A DNA stretch of 64,000 nucleotides, taken from positions 10,908-74,907 of the forward strand of contig LWDI01000045.1 of assembly GCA_002083475.1 (NCBI GenBank), given 5' to 3'. How positions within the stretch are numbered: the first letter of the stretch is position 1; each line of letters begins with the position of its first letter. Shown here one piece after another: positions 1 to 13,994 of the stretch. The notes beneath the pieces were generated by a model that worked only from the letters and a program-made list of their open reading frames with translations, did no database searches and had not been told where the DNA came from. The position numbers and the translations under genes are program-made. The stretch comes from Proteobacteria bacterium SG_bin5. GTDB lineage: Bacteria; Pseudomonadota; Alphaproteobacteria; Sphingomonadales; Sphingomonadaceae.

Positions 1-118
1 TCTCGCCGTTCAGGATCGCATAGGCGCGCCGCTCGATCGGCTGGCCGACATGCGCGGCGGTGAGCCGGATCTTGTAGCAATTGCCCGAGATCGGGTCCTC
101 ATGAAGGACCGGCGTCAC
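1..118 (-). CDS. Glutathione S-transferase family protein, N-terminus only (runs off window start)
   Basis: Manual translation from GTG at 118, overlapping the flotillin stop (GTGA): MTPVLHEDPISGNCYKIRLTAAHVGQPIERRAYAILNGE. SGNCYKxRL is a typical GST N-domain motif. Not in the ORF track. Confidence 0.75.
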   Translation of the reverse strand, partial: MTPVLHEDPISGNCYKIRLTAAHVGQPIERRAYAILNGE

Positions 119-1809
119 TCCGCCGCCTCGACACGCCCGGCCGGCGCGGTGGGCGCAGCGCCGGCGAGCGGGGTCGCCGCGCTCGCCACCAAGCCGTCGA
201 GCGAGCCGCCCTCGAAGCCCAGTTCGCGCATCAAGCCGTCGATCACCGGCGCCTGCGCGCGATAACGCAGCGCCGCCGAGACCGCCGCGCTCGCGAGGTT
301 GCGATCGCCCTCGTCGTTCGCCGCGCCCGCGGCGGCACCCCCGCCGCGCAGGCCATCGACCTGGACGATCTTGATCGAATCGATCGCCTCCAGCGGCTTG
401 GACGCCTCGCGGATGATCTCGGGCAGCACTTTCAGCAGCGCGAGCTTGGTCTGGAGCGACATGGTTTCCGACGACAGCAGATTCGCCGCCTCGTTGATCG
501 CGCGCTGGCCGGCGGCCTCCACCTCCAAGCGGAGGCGATCGGCCTCGGCGCGCAGCTTCACCGCCTCGGCCTCGCCCTCGGCGATCCGGCGCGCGGCCTC
601 GGCCCGGTCGGCGGCGGCTTGTTTATCGGCATCGGCCTGCACTTTCACCGCGATCGCGGCGCGTTCGGCCTCGCGCGCGGCGTTGATCAGCTCGATCCTT
701 TTCTCGCGCTCGGCGATCTCGGCCTCGCGCGCGGAGACGACTTGCTGCTCGGCGACGACGGCGGCGGCGCGCGCTTGATCGGCCTGGGCCTTGGCCTGGC
801 TTTCTTCGCGGCTCTTGTTCTGCACCGCGATCTGCTGTTCCTGGCGCGCAAGTTCGAGCGCCTGCGCCTGGGCGATCTTGGCCTGTTGCACCGCGCGATC
901 GGCCTCGATCTGCTGCGCGTCGATCAGCCGTTTCGCCTCGATCCGCGCTTGTTCGGCCTCTTGCTGGCGCAGCGACTGTTCGCGCGCGACCTCGGCGGCT
1001 TGGGCGGCGCGGCGCATCTCGACCTCGCGCTCTTGCTCCAGTCGCGCGAATTCGGTGTCGCGCGCGATCAGCAAGGATTGGCGCTGGGCTTCCAGATTCT
1101 TCGATTCGATCTGGACGCGCGTATCCTGTTCGATGTCGTTGCGCGCTTTCTTGCGCAGCTCGATCTGCTCGGTGAGCTTGGTGAGCCCCTCGGCATCGAA
1201 GGCGTTGTTCGCGTTGAAATGCTCGATCGAGGTCTGGTCGAGCCCGGTGAGCGACACGCTCTCCAGCTCCAGCCCGTTCATCGCCAGATCGGCCGAGGAA
1301 ACCTGCTGCACCTTCTGCACGAATTCGCTGCGCTGCTCGTGGAGCTGCGCCATCGTCATGCCGGCCGCCACCGAGCGCAGCGCGTCGACGAACTTGCCCT
1401 CGACCAGTTCCTTCAGCGCATCGGGGTTCATCGTGCGCAGGCCGAGCGTTTGCGCCGCGACCGCGATCGATTGCGCGTCAGGACGCACCCGCACGTAGAA
1501 TTCGGCCTTCACGTCGATCCGCAGCCGGTCGAGCGTGATCAGCGCGTCGTTGTTCTTGCGCTCGACCGCGAGGCGCACGGTGTTCATGTTGACCGGCATC
1601 GTCTCGTGAAACACCGGCAGCACCAGCGCGCCGCCGTTGATCACGACCTTCTCGCCGCCGAAGCCGGTGCGCACGAAGCCGATCTCCTTCGACGCGCGCT
1701 TGTAGAGCCGCGCGAGCACCAGCCCCAGGATCAGCAGCGTCAGCAAGCCGATGCCGGGCACCAGGATATAGGGCAGCGTCGAGCCGCCCGCCGCGACGAT
1801 GTCGTTCAT
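115..1809 (-). CDS. yqiK: Flotillin/SPFH family inner-membrane protein (YqiK-like)
   Basis: N-terminal TM helix, LYKRASKE..FVRTGFGGEKVV, SPFH domain, long AE/AQ coiled coil, IDSIKIVQVDGL. ATG at 1809 follows GGAGGG. Confidence 0.9.
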   Translation of the reverse strand: MNDIVAAGGSTLPYILVPGIGLLTLLILGLVLARLYKRASKEIGFVRTGFGGEKVVINGGALVLPVFHETMPVNMNTVRLAVERKNNDALITLDRLRIDVKAEFYVRVRPDAQSIAVAAQTLGLRTMNPDALKELVEGKFVDALRSVAAGMTMAQLHEQRSEFVQKVQQVSSADLAMNGLELESVSLTGLDQTSIEHFNANNAFDAEGLTKLTEQIELRKKARNDIEQDTRVQIESKNLEAQRQSLLIARDTEFARLEQEREVEMRRAAQAAEVAREQSLRQQEAEQARIEAKRLIDAQQIEADRAVQQAKIAQAQALELARQEQQIAVQNKSREESQAKAQADQARAAAVVAEQQVVSAREAEIAEREKRIELINAAREAERAAIAVKVQADADKQAAADRAEAARRIAEGEAEAVKLRAEADRLRLEVEAAGQRAINEAANLLSSETMSLQTKLALLKVLPEIIREASKPLEAIDSIKIVQVDGLRGGGAAAGAANDEGDRNLASAAVSAALRYRAQAPVIDGLMRELGFEGGSLDGLVASAATPLAGAAPTAPAGRVEAAE

Positions 1810-1810
1810 C

Positions 1811-2440
1811 TCATCCCTCCAAGCGCGGCAGCAAATGATCGCCGCGTGAAATCGCCAGGAAATGGTCGGCCTCGCGCCGCACCAGCAACACTTCTTCACC
1901 CTCGACGAAGCGCTCGGCGGGGCCGTTGGGCTCGACCATCACATAGTGCGGCTGGCCGAAGCGATCCTCGACCCGCGCCCGCGCCGGGCAGCCGCGCGCG
2001 GCTTGGCCGGTGACGATGCGCGCCCGGCGTCCGGTGAGCGTGTCGAGCTCGACCGCGCTGGTTTCGTCGCGCGGCAGCACCCGGGCGAGCAGGCGCGCGC
2101 CGAGCCCCGTCGCGGGCAAGGCGAGCGCGAAGGCGGCGGGACCCGCGAGCCAAGCGCTCTGATATTCCCCGAGCAGATCATGCGCGAGCTGCTGGCCGAG
2201 CAGCCCGAGCGCCGAGAAAGCGCCCAGGAAAACCACGATCAGCATCAACAGCGGCAACCGCCCGAGCCCGAGCCAGCCGAGCAGATCGAGGTCGCCATCC
2301 ACATCGGCATCGAGATGCGCATGAAGATCGGCGTCGAAATCGCCCGCCAGACCGAACGCCTGCACCGCGCCGATCAACAACATCAACACCAGCGCGCAGA
2401 CGAAGACGAGATTCGCCGGCGCCGCGACCAACGCGAACAC
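1811..2440 (-). CDS. yqiJ: YqiJ-like (NfeD-like OB-fold) membrane protein
   Basis: Hydrophobic N-half, D/H-rich linker, LGWLGLGRLPLL, C-terminal GQAARGCPARARVEDRFGQPHYVMVEP. Directly upstream of the flotillin; GTG start after GGAGGG. Confidence 0.85.
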   Translation of the reverse strand: MFALVAAPANLVFVCALVLMLLIGAVQAFGLAGDFDADLHAHLDADVDGDLDLLGWLGLGRLPLLMLIVVFLGAFSALGLLGQQLAHDLLGEYQSAWLAGPAAFALALPATGLGARLLARVLPRDETSAVELDTLTGRRARIVTGQAARGCPARARVEDRFGQPHYVMVEPNGPAERFVEGEEVLLVRREADHFLAISRGDHLLPRLEG

Positions 2441-2685
2441 TTCCGCCCTCCAAGGCTGATTCGAGCGCGATCTTATCAGTGGCGGGGCGCGCCGAAAGCG
2501 AAATCGGACGGGCACGCGCCGATTTCGGGGGCGGTCGTCGCGCGTCCGCCGCGCGATGCCCCGAACGACTTACGGAGCGCATCGCGCGCGGCCGCCTATC
2601 GCGCGATTTGGCGCGATCGTCACCCGAAGTTAACGCGATCGACGTAGCAAAAGGCCACCGAGCGACGCGCGGCGGAGGAGAGCAG

Positions 2686-2895
2686 ATGTCCTATTCGATT
2701 GCCTATCTGATCAGCTTGATCTTCGGCCTGATCTTGGCCTTCATCGTCGTCGGCATGCCGACCGGCATCGTGCTGCGGCGCCTGGGCTATTCGGAATGGT
2801 GGGCGCTGGTGCTGTTCATTCCCGGCGGCGCGCTCGTCGGTCTGTGGGTGCTGGCCTTCGCCAATTGGCCCGGGCCGGACCCGCGCACCCGCTAA
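2686..2895 (+). CDS. Small membrane protein (69 aa, 2-3 TM)
   Basis: GGAGGAG RBS then ATG; MSYSIAYLISLIFG...RRLGYSEWWALVLFIP...LAFANWP. Confidence 0.75.
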   Translation: MSYSIAYLISLIFGLILAFIVVGMPTGIVLRRLGYSEWWALVLFIPGGALVGLWVLAFANWPGPDPRTR

Positions 2896-3143
2896 AGGTA
2901 GGTCAGCCGCCCCCCTATGGCACCCAGCCGGGCGAGCGGCGAGCTTCGCGCCGGATGCTGATGCTGGGGCCGGCGGCGTCTGCACCGGCGCGCCGCGAAA
3001 ACCACATTCGCCGGCGCCGCGACCAATGCGAACAAACCCTCACCCCTGAAGGCTGATGAGCGGGCGAACTTATCAGCGGCGGGGGGCGCCGAAGGCGAAA
3101 TCGGACGCAGGTCTACCGATTTTCCGGGGGGCGGGCGCGCGCG
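2892..3143 (-). pseudogene. Degenerate duplicate of the yqiJ 5' end plus its upstream region
   Basis: 3006-3143 aligns by eye to about 2411-2545 (28 of the first 29 nt identical). It encodes FALVAAPANVVF versus FALVAAPANLVF in yqiJ, then diverges. Confidence 0.75.
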
Positions 3144-3189
3144 ATGGTGCCGAACCAGCAGCCCGCGACCACCCATAACCGGGGCAAGT

Positions 3190-3411
3190 CTAGCGTCCCA
3201 AGATACGCGCCGCTTCGTCGAGATCGACGCGGATCAATTCCTCGCGACCATCGGGATAGATGCGGATGACGTGTCCGTCCGGGGTCGTCTCCCGCGTGAT
3301 GTGGATGGGCTTGCCCGCCGCGTGAAGCATTCGCGCGGCACGGTCATCGGGCTCGCCGATCTCCTCGTCCCAAAGCTCGTCGTTCAAAGTCCGGTCCAAG
3401 GCGCGTTCCAT
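3190..3411 (-). CDS. Hypothetical protein (73 aa)
   Basis: Protein-like composition (acidic N-terminus, AAGKPIH..., IRIYPDGREEL); upstream GGGGG RBS. Confidence 0.65.
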   Translation of the reverse strand: MERALDRTLNDELWDEEIGEPDDRAARMLHAAGKPIHITRETTPDGHVIRIYPDGREELIRVDLDEAARILGR

Positions 3412-3443
3412 CCCCCGAGCTTAGCACAGTTCGGACGAGTCCC

Positions 3444-4445
3444 CTAACCCAAGCTCAGCACGATCTTCCCCACATGCTCGCCCGCCTCCATCCGCGCGTG
3501 CGCGGCGCCCGCCTCGGCGAGGGGGAAGACCGTGTCGATCACCGGCTTCAGCCGCCCCGCCTCGACATGCGGCCACACGTTGTGCGCGAGCTCGTCCGCC
3601 ACCAGCGCCTTGAAGGCGGCGTCGCGCGGGCGCAGCGTCGATCCGGTGAGCGTCAGCCGCCGCCGCATCACCTCGAACAAGGGGATCGTCGCCATCATCC
3701 CGCCTTGCACCGCGATCGAGACGTGGCGGCCGTCGTCGGCCAGGCATTGCAGATTGCGCGCGACATAATCGCCGCCCACCATGTCGAGCACCGCCGCCAC
3801 CCCGCGCCCCTGGGTGATCGCGCGGACGCGCTCGACGAAATCCTCGGCGCGGTAATTGATCGCGTGCGCCGCGCCGAGCGCGCGCGCCGCTTCGCATTTG
3901 GCGTCGCTGCCGGCGGTCACGATCACCTCCAGCCCGAACAGGCGCCCGAGCGCGATCGCCATGGTGCCGATGCCCGAGGTGCCGCCATGAACGAGCACGG
4001 CGTCGCCCTCGACCGCATAGGCGCGCTCGAACAAATTGGTCCACACGGTGAACAAAGTTTCGGGGATCGCCGCCGCTTCGATCATCGTCAACGCGCTCGG
4101 CACCGTCAGGCATTGGCCAGCGGGCGCCACCGCATATTCGGCATAGCCACCCCCGCTCAGCAGCGCGCAGACCGGCTGGCCGAGCAGCGCCGCCTCGACG
4201 CCGTCGCCGAGCGCGACGATCTCGCCCGCCGCCTCCAGCCCCAGGATCGAGGGCGCGCCGGGGGGCATCGGGTAGAGCCCCTTGCGCTGGAGCACGTCGG
4301 GGCGGTTGACCCCGGCGGCGGCGACGCGGATCAGCACTTCGCCCGCCTGGGGGTGCGGCACCGGACGCTCGACCGGCGCCAGCGCCGCCGCCTCGCACGG
4401 GGTCGCCGGATCGATCGCCAGCATCGTCGCTGGAAGTCCTGTCAT
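3444..4445 (-). CDS. NAD(P)H-quinone oxidoreductase, zeta-crystallin/PIG3 family
   Basis: AAAGVNRPDVLQRKGLYP, GGGYAEY, VLVHGGTSGIG, GSTLRPR, HVGKIVL. Confidence 0.93.
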   Translation of the reverse strand: MTGLPATMLAIDPATPCEAAALAPVERPVPHPQAGEVLIRVAAAGVNRPDVLQRKGLYPMPPGAPSILGLEAAGEIVALGDGVEAALLGQPVCALLSGGGYAEYAVAPAGQCLTVPSALTMIEAAAIPETLFTVWTNLFERAYAVEGDAVLVHGGTSGIGTMAIALGRLFGLEVIVTAGSDAKCEAARALGAAHAINYRAEDFVERVRAITQGRGVAAVLDMVGGDYVARNLQCLADDGRHVSIAVQGGMMATIPLFEVMRRRLTLTGSTLRPRDAAFKALVADELAHNVWPHVEAGRLKPVIDTVFPLAEAGAAHARMEAGEHVGKIVLSLG

Positions 4446-4589
4446 CGCCCCGCCCCCGCCTTTGCCTCGGCTTGCCTTATCGGGCGCACATCTCGCCGGT
4501 CAACCGCCGCCTAAGCACGCGCTAAGGATTTCCCCTTGGGGTGCCGGTTTCGCGTTGACACCACCCGCCATCGGCGCGACTTTCGGCCC

Positions 4590-4790
4590 ATGGACACCGA
4601 CGACATCGCGCCGCCGCCCCGGCCGGGTGATCCGATCGCCCTGCTGGCCAAACAAGACTTGGACCCCTTCTCGCTCGCCGAGCTCGACGCGCGCATCGCG
4701 TTGCTCAGGGCGGAAATCGCGCGGGTCGAGGCGCATAAGCAACGCGCGGTTAACCATAGGGCAAGCGCCGACGCGCTATTCCGCCGGTGA
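4590..4790 (+). CDS. DUF1192-like small coiled-coil protein
   Basis: QDLDPFSLAELDARIALLRAEIAR...ADALFRR; lies between qor and clpA; TTGACA upstream. Confidence 0.8.
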   Translation: MDTDDIAPPPRPGDPIALLAKQDLDPFSLAELDARIALLRAEIARVEAHKQRAVNHRASADALFRR

Positions 4791-4907
4791 TGAGCCCCCC
4801 GCTTCCGCTCGGCGCGCGCCCTAACCCGATCAAGTGCTTGATGGCGCGCGCGACCATCCCAACATTCAAAGCCTCGGCCCGGCCTTTGGGCCGATAGGAG
4901 TTACCGC

Positions 4908-7220
<2,313 letters not shown>

Positions 7221-7226
7221 CGATCG

Positions 7227-7257
7227 GCCCCGACTCGGTATCGAACCGAGTTGGGGC
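7227..7257. terminator. Hairpin between convergent genes (likely terminator)
   Basis: gccccgactcggt-atcga-accgagttggggc stem-loop immediately after the clpA stop. Confidence 0.6.
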
Positions 7258-7278
7258 ATTCTTCGGGGCAATGCGGCT

Positions 7279-7494
7279 CTATTTTTTCGGCTTTTGATTA
7301 TAGGCCATCACGACGAAATAATCCTCGCTAGCATCGATCGGGGCATTTTCGTTCTTGCCGTTCACGAGCCGGCGAAAAACGACGATATCGACAGGATCGG
7401 CCGCGGCAATCTCATAGCCTAGACTCTCTTGATCCGCCGCCCACTGCGCCGCCGAAGTCTGATCGGTAAAGACCCTGATGCGTACGTCCGTCAT
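7279..7494 (-). CDS. Hypothetical protein (71 aa)
   Basis: ATG with AAGGAG RBS 12 nt after the upstream lipoprotein stop; AT-richer codons. Confidence 0.7.
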   Translation of the reverse strand: MTDVRIRVFTDQTSAAQWAADQESLGYEIAAADPVDIVVFRRLVNGKNENAPIDASEDYFVVMAYNQKPKK

Positions 7495-7506
7495 CGACAG
7501 GGCTCC

Positions 7507-8325
7507 TTATTTCAGCACGGCCGCCAATGCCTTTTGCCACTCATCGGGGGTCAAATAGGAAACGAGCGCGCCAGAGCGGATCGCCGTGGCGCAGGCGCTG
7601 GCCGATTCGGCCGATGAGCACCCCTTCGCGAAGCCGTCGGGCGGCGTGAGGCCCAGCGCCGTGTCGACATTCGTCAGCCGGGCCTTGTAATCGGCCGACG
7701 TCTCGATCTTCGCTGCCACCGCCTCACGATAGGTCCGGCGCTGTGCTTCGCGGGCTGTGACACCCTGCCGTTGGGCCTCGATCGCGCGGCGCAATTCCGG
7801 GGAAGCGTTGATCTCGGAAATCTCGGCTTCCCTGGTCGCGCTCTCGCTCGTCGCGACCAGCGCCGCGCCATGCCTCGCCAGTTCCCGAGCAGCAAGGCCC
7901 GTGGCAAAATATTGAGCAACCGCGCCTCTGGCTTCGGCCGTCCCCCGGCCAGCGGTCGCCCCTCCCTTGGCGCCGAAACTCGCCATCACCGAATAGGTAT
8001 CCAGATTGGCTTCGTCATTACCCAGGAACTTGCAATTGAGCGCCAGGGCGGAAGGCGTCGGCGGCGGCGTTCCCCTTTCTACCGGGCACGGCTGCATCAG
8101 CAGGTCGCCGTTGGGCCGTGCAGCGAGTGTATTGGCCAAGAGCGGCATCAACACCAATTCCTGCCGGCTATACGCCAGCTGAATCGTCGGCACTTGGTTT
8201 ACATCCGCGCCAATCTTCAAACCGCCGACCGTATTGGTCCCGAAGATGAGCAAATTGGTGTGTTGAGGCGTGGTGCACCCCGCGAGGAACACCGCAAGCG
8301 CTCCAGCTATTTTCCGACCAAACAT
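7507..8325 (-). CDS. Hypothetical lipoprotein (272 aa)
   Basis: MFGRKIAGALAVFLAG|C lipobox; GGAGGGG RBS; NLLIFGTNT, YSRQELVLMPLLAN, DTYSVMASFG, QYFATGLAA segments. Confidence 0.8.
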   Translation of the reverse strand: MFGRKIAGALAVFLAGCTTPQHTNLLIFGTNTVGGLKIGADVNQVPTIQLAYSRQELVLMPLLANTLAARPNGDLLMQPCPVERGTPPPTPSALALNCKFLGNDEANLDTYSVMASFGAKGGATAGRGTAEARGAVAQYFATGLAARELARHGAALVATSESATREAEISEINASPELRRAIEAQRQGVTAREAQRRTYREAVAAKIETSADYKARLTNVDTALGLTPPDGFAKGCSSAESASACATAIRSGALVSYLTPDEWQKALAAVLK

Positions 8326-8633
8326 GCCCCCTCCACCCCTTTGATCAGCGTTTTGGCGTGCGCGAGATCGGCCTTGTCGCGCACGATTATGACGATCCGG
8401 CAATTCTCGGGCCGGGCAAAGACGAAATCGCCGGCGTGCCAACCCAGGTAAAATCCTTCGTCGAACCCGATGCCGAGATTTCTTACCCGTGCCGCGATCA
8501 ACGCGCCGCGCGTTTCTGGGTAAGTCACCCGCACCAAGCCGAAATACCAATGGTCACCACGCCCTTCATCGGCGGGCACCGTCGCACATCCGGCCAGCAG
8601 CACATTGACTGCAACGATCAAAACCTTTTTCAT
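8307..8633 (-). CDS. Hypothetical lipoprotein (108 aa)
   Basis: MKKVLIVAVNVLLAG|C lipobox; overlaps the start of the next lipoprotein gene. Confidence 0.75.
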   Translation of the reverse strand: MKKVLIVAVNVLLAGCATVPADEGRGDHWYFGLVRVTYPETRGALIAARVRNLGIGFDEGFYLGWHAGDFVFARPENCRIVIIVRDKADLAHAKTLIKGVEGACLVGK

Positions 8634-8751
8634 TACTCATGCTGCCGAGTCGGTCTTGCCTGGTCAAGCACCAATCGGCACCGTAACGGTGCTAATTGTT
8701 TTGCGTTGGCGCGCGATCACGATTATGGTGAAGGCCTCGGGAGGTGTCGCG

Positions 8752-8946
8752 ATGCGCAAGAAGAGCATGGGGCTGGCGGCGCTGGCGCTCGTCATGGTGG
8801 CGCTCGCCGTGCGCCATCCCTCGGCCGATATCCGCGTCCTGACGCATGATGCCGCCGACCAAGCGCCGAGCCGCGTTCAGGCCGCGGTCGATCTGGGCGT
8901 GATGGGCGTGTCGCTGCTCGTTACCTGGAGCAAGCGGCTGAACTGA
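8752..8946 (+). CDS. Small hypothetical exported/membrane protein (64 aa)
   Basis: GGGAGG RBS; MRKKSMGLAALALVMVALA signal-like N-terminus. Confidence 0.65.
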   Translation: MRKKSMGLAALALVMVALAVRHPSADIRVLTHDAADQAPSRVQAAVDLGVMGVSLLVTWSKRLN

Positions 8947-8988
8947 GCGCCCTTGCGTCGCGGCGCCGGGCCGCCATAGGTTGGCGCC

Positions 8989-10668
8989 ATGGAAAATGCT
9001 TGGCGCGCCGCTTATCGTCACCCGGTCGACTGGTCGACGGACTTCCCGCCGCTCTCGATGGCGGCGCTGTTCGACGATGCCGCCGCCAAGGCCGGGCAAA
9101 AGCCGCTGATCGATTTCATGGGCCGGCATTATAGCTATGCCGAGACGCTCGACGGCGCCAATCGCGTCGCCGCCGGGCTCGCCGCGCTCGGCTATGGCAA
9201 GGGCGATCGGATCGGGTTGTTCCTGCCCAACGTCCCCCATTATCTCGCGGCTTATTACGGGATCCTCAAATTGGGGGCGACCGTCGTCAATTTCTCGCCG
9301 CTTTATACCGTCGCCGAACTGACCCACCAGGTCGCCGATTCGGGGACGAAGCTGCTCTTCACCTTGTCCGCCAAGGCGCTGCTGCCGACCGCGCTCGAGG
9401 TGCTCGAGACGTCGGCGCTCGAACGACTGGTGGTCGGCTCGGTCGCGGGGGCGCTGCCGACGGGCAAGTCGATCCTCTACCGGCTGTTCAAGCAAGCCGA
9501 GGTCGCGGCGCGACCCTCGGACCCGCGGATCATGGCCTTTTCCAAGCTGATCCATAATCGCGGCCGCTTCGCCAAGCCCGAGATTGCGCCCGAAGACGAT
9601 GTCGCGCTGATCCAATATACCGGCGGCACCACGGGCACGCCCAAGGGCGCGATGCTGACGCACCAGAATCTTTCGGCCAACGCCCGCCAGGTGAACGCGA
9701 TCGATCCGCACCCGGGCGCCGAGGACCGCATCCTCGGCGTGCTGCCGCTGTTCCATGTCTTCGCCAATACCTGCGTCCTCAACCGCACGGTGGTGAATGG
9801 CGGCTGCATCGTGATGCTCCCCCGCTTCAACGCCCAGCAAGCGCTAGAAGCGGTGAGCCGCGCGCGCGTGACCGCGATCCCCGGCGTGCCGACCATGTAT
9901 CAGGCGCTGCTCGATCATCCGAACCTCGCCAAGACCGATTTCTCGCGGCTGCGCGTGTGCATCTCGGGCGGGGCGCCGCTGCCCGCCGAGCTCAAGGCCA
10001 AGTTCGAGGCGGCGACGGGGGCCAAGCTGATCGAGGGCTATGGCCTGTCCGAAAGCGCGGGCGTGGTCTCGGCCAATCCTTATGAGGCGCCGGGCAAATC
10101 GGGAACGATCGGCCAGCCCATCCCCGCGACCGACGTGCGGCTGGTCGACAAGGAAGACCCCAACCGCCCCGCGCCCGAAGGCGAGCCGGGGGAAATCGTG
10201 ATCGCCGGGCCGCAGATCATGAAGGGCTATTGGAACCGCCCCGATGCCGACGCCGGCGTGTTCGTGACCGACGCGGCGGGCCGCCGCTGGCTGCGCACGG
10301 GCGACGTCGGCCAGATCGACGGCGACGGCTTCGTCGCGATCGTCGATAGGCTGAAAGACATGATCTCGGTCGGCGGGTTCAAAGTGTTCCCCAGCCAGAT
10401 CGAGGAGTTGCTCTACAAGCATCCGGCGGTGAAGGAGACGTTGGTGATCGGCGTCCCCGATCCCTATCGCGGCGAACAACCCCGCGCTTATGTGACGCTG
10501 AACGAGGGCGCCGAGGCCGATGGCGGCGCTCTGCGCGACTGGCTCAACCCCCAGCTCGGCAAGCATGAGCGGGTCGACGAAGTGGTCGTGCGGCTGACCA
10601 TGCCCAAGACGATGATCGGCAAGCTCAGCCGCAAGGATCTGATCGCCGAAGTGCTGCCGAAGGGGTGA
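8989..10668 (+). CDS. Long-chain fatty acid/dicarboxylate-CoA ligase (FadD/PimA-like)
   Basis: AMP-binding motif YTGGTTGTPKG, EGYGLSE, WLRTGD, DRLKDMI, MPKTMIGKL. Confidence 0.92.
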   Translation: MENAWRAAYRHPVDWSTDFPPLSMAALFDDAAAKAGQKPLIDFMGRHYSYAETLDGANRVAAGLAALGYGKGDRIGLFLPNVPHYLAAYYGILKLGATVVNFSPLYTVAELTHQVADSGTKLLFTLSAKALLPTALEVLETSALERLVVGSVAGALPTGKSILYRLFKQAEVAARPSDPRIMAFSKLIHNRGRFAKPEIAPEDDVALIQYTGGTTGTPKGAMLTHQNLSANARQVNAIDPHPGAEDRILGVLPLFHVFANTCVLNRTVVNGGCIVMLPRFNAQQALEAVSRARVTAIPGVPTMYQALLDHPNLAKTDFSRLRVCISGGAPLPAELKAKFEAATGAKLIEGYGLSESAGVVSANPYEAPGKSGTIGQPIPATDVRLVDKEDPNRPAPEGEPGEIVIAGPQIMKGYWNRPDADAGVFVTDAAGRRWLRTGDVGQIDGDGFVAIVDRLKDMISVGGFKVFPSQIEELLYKHPAVKETLVIGVPDPYRGEQPRAYVTLNEGAEADGGALRDWLNPQLGKHERVDEVVVRLTMPKTMIGKLSRKDLIAEVLPKG

Positions 10669-10719
10669 ACGCTGGCGTCAAAGCAGCGCCCGGCCCTCGA
10701 ACATTCCTTACCACCAACC

Positions 10720-10802
10720 CGTCGCCCCGTGCTTGGCACGGGGCTTGGCTATCTTCCTTCCGGCGCGAGGCAGGCTCGCCCCGTGTCAAGCACGGGGCGA
10801 CG
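10720..10802. repeat. Palindromic REP-like element, family A
   Basis: cgtcgccccgtgcttggcacgggg...ccccgtgtcaagcacggggcgacg; an inverted copy lies at 40625-40707. Confidence 0.85.
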
Positions 10803-10970
10803 ATGAGGGCCGTGTAAGAGGCGACCAGGGTGGCCCCCTTTGCAAGTTCCTGCCCCCACGACCCGCCCTTACCCCCTCCCCCCTTGCAATCGCGCGCCAG
10901 CTTGGCCAATCGCTGGCGCATCTTCGCGGCGCCGCGCGCCGCTCACGCGCATCAATCGGAAAGGACGCCC

Positions 10971-13639
<2,669 letters not shown>

Positions 13640-13643
<4 letters not shown>

Positions 13644-13879
13644 TCTGGGCGATCGAGCTCGTCGGCTGGGCCGGGGCGATAACGATTCTGGCCGCCTATC
13701 TGCTGGTCTCCACCGGGCGGCTTTCGGGCCAATCGGCGGTGTTCCAGTGGATGAACGTGGGCGGCGCGGCTGGCTTCATCGTGAATAGCGGCTATCACGG
13801 CGCGGTGCCTTCGACCGCGCTCAACGTGGTGTGGATGATGATCGGGCTGGCGACCTTGTGGCGGTTGCGGGGGCGGTAA
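13640..13879 (+). CDS. Small membrane protein (CBU_0592-like)
   Basis: GTGA overlap with the acnA stop; [14 protein letters not shown]...FQWMNVGG...LNVVW, three TM segments. Confidence 0.75.
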
Positions 13880-13911
13880 GCTCCCGTCATTCAACCGCCC
13901 CGCCACTCCTT

Positions 13912-13929
13912 CCCCGGCGAAGGCCGGGG
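13912..13929. repeat. Single REP-like hairpin (related to the gspJ element)
   Basis: ccccggcgaaggccgggg, compare ccggcgaaagccgggg at about 53164. Confidence 0.5.
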
Positions 13930-13994
13930 CGCTGCACCGCGCGGGTGGCTATTCGAGCGCGCTAAAGGTGCAAGCGGGCAACTAGGTGGCGCGC

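Noticed and set aside
10830..10970. 47-aa N-terminal extension of AcnA in the ORF track
   Set aside because: ATG at 10971 has a good RBS and gives a normal AcnA start; the upstream segment looks like promoter DNA.
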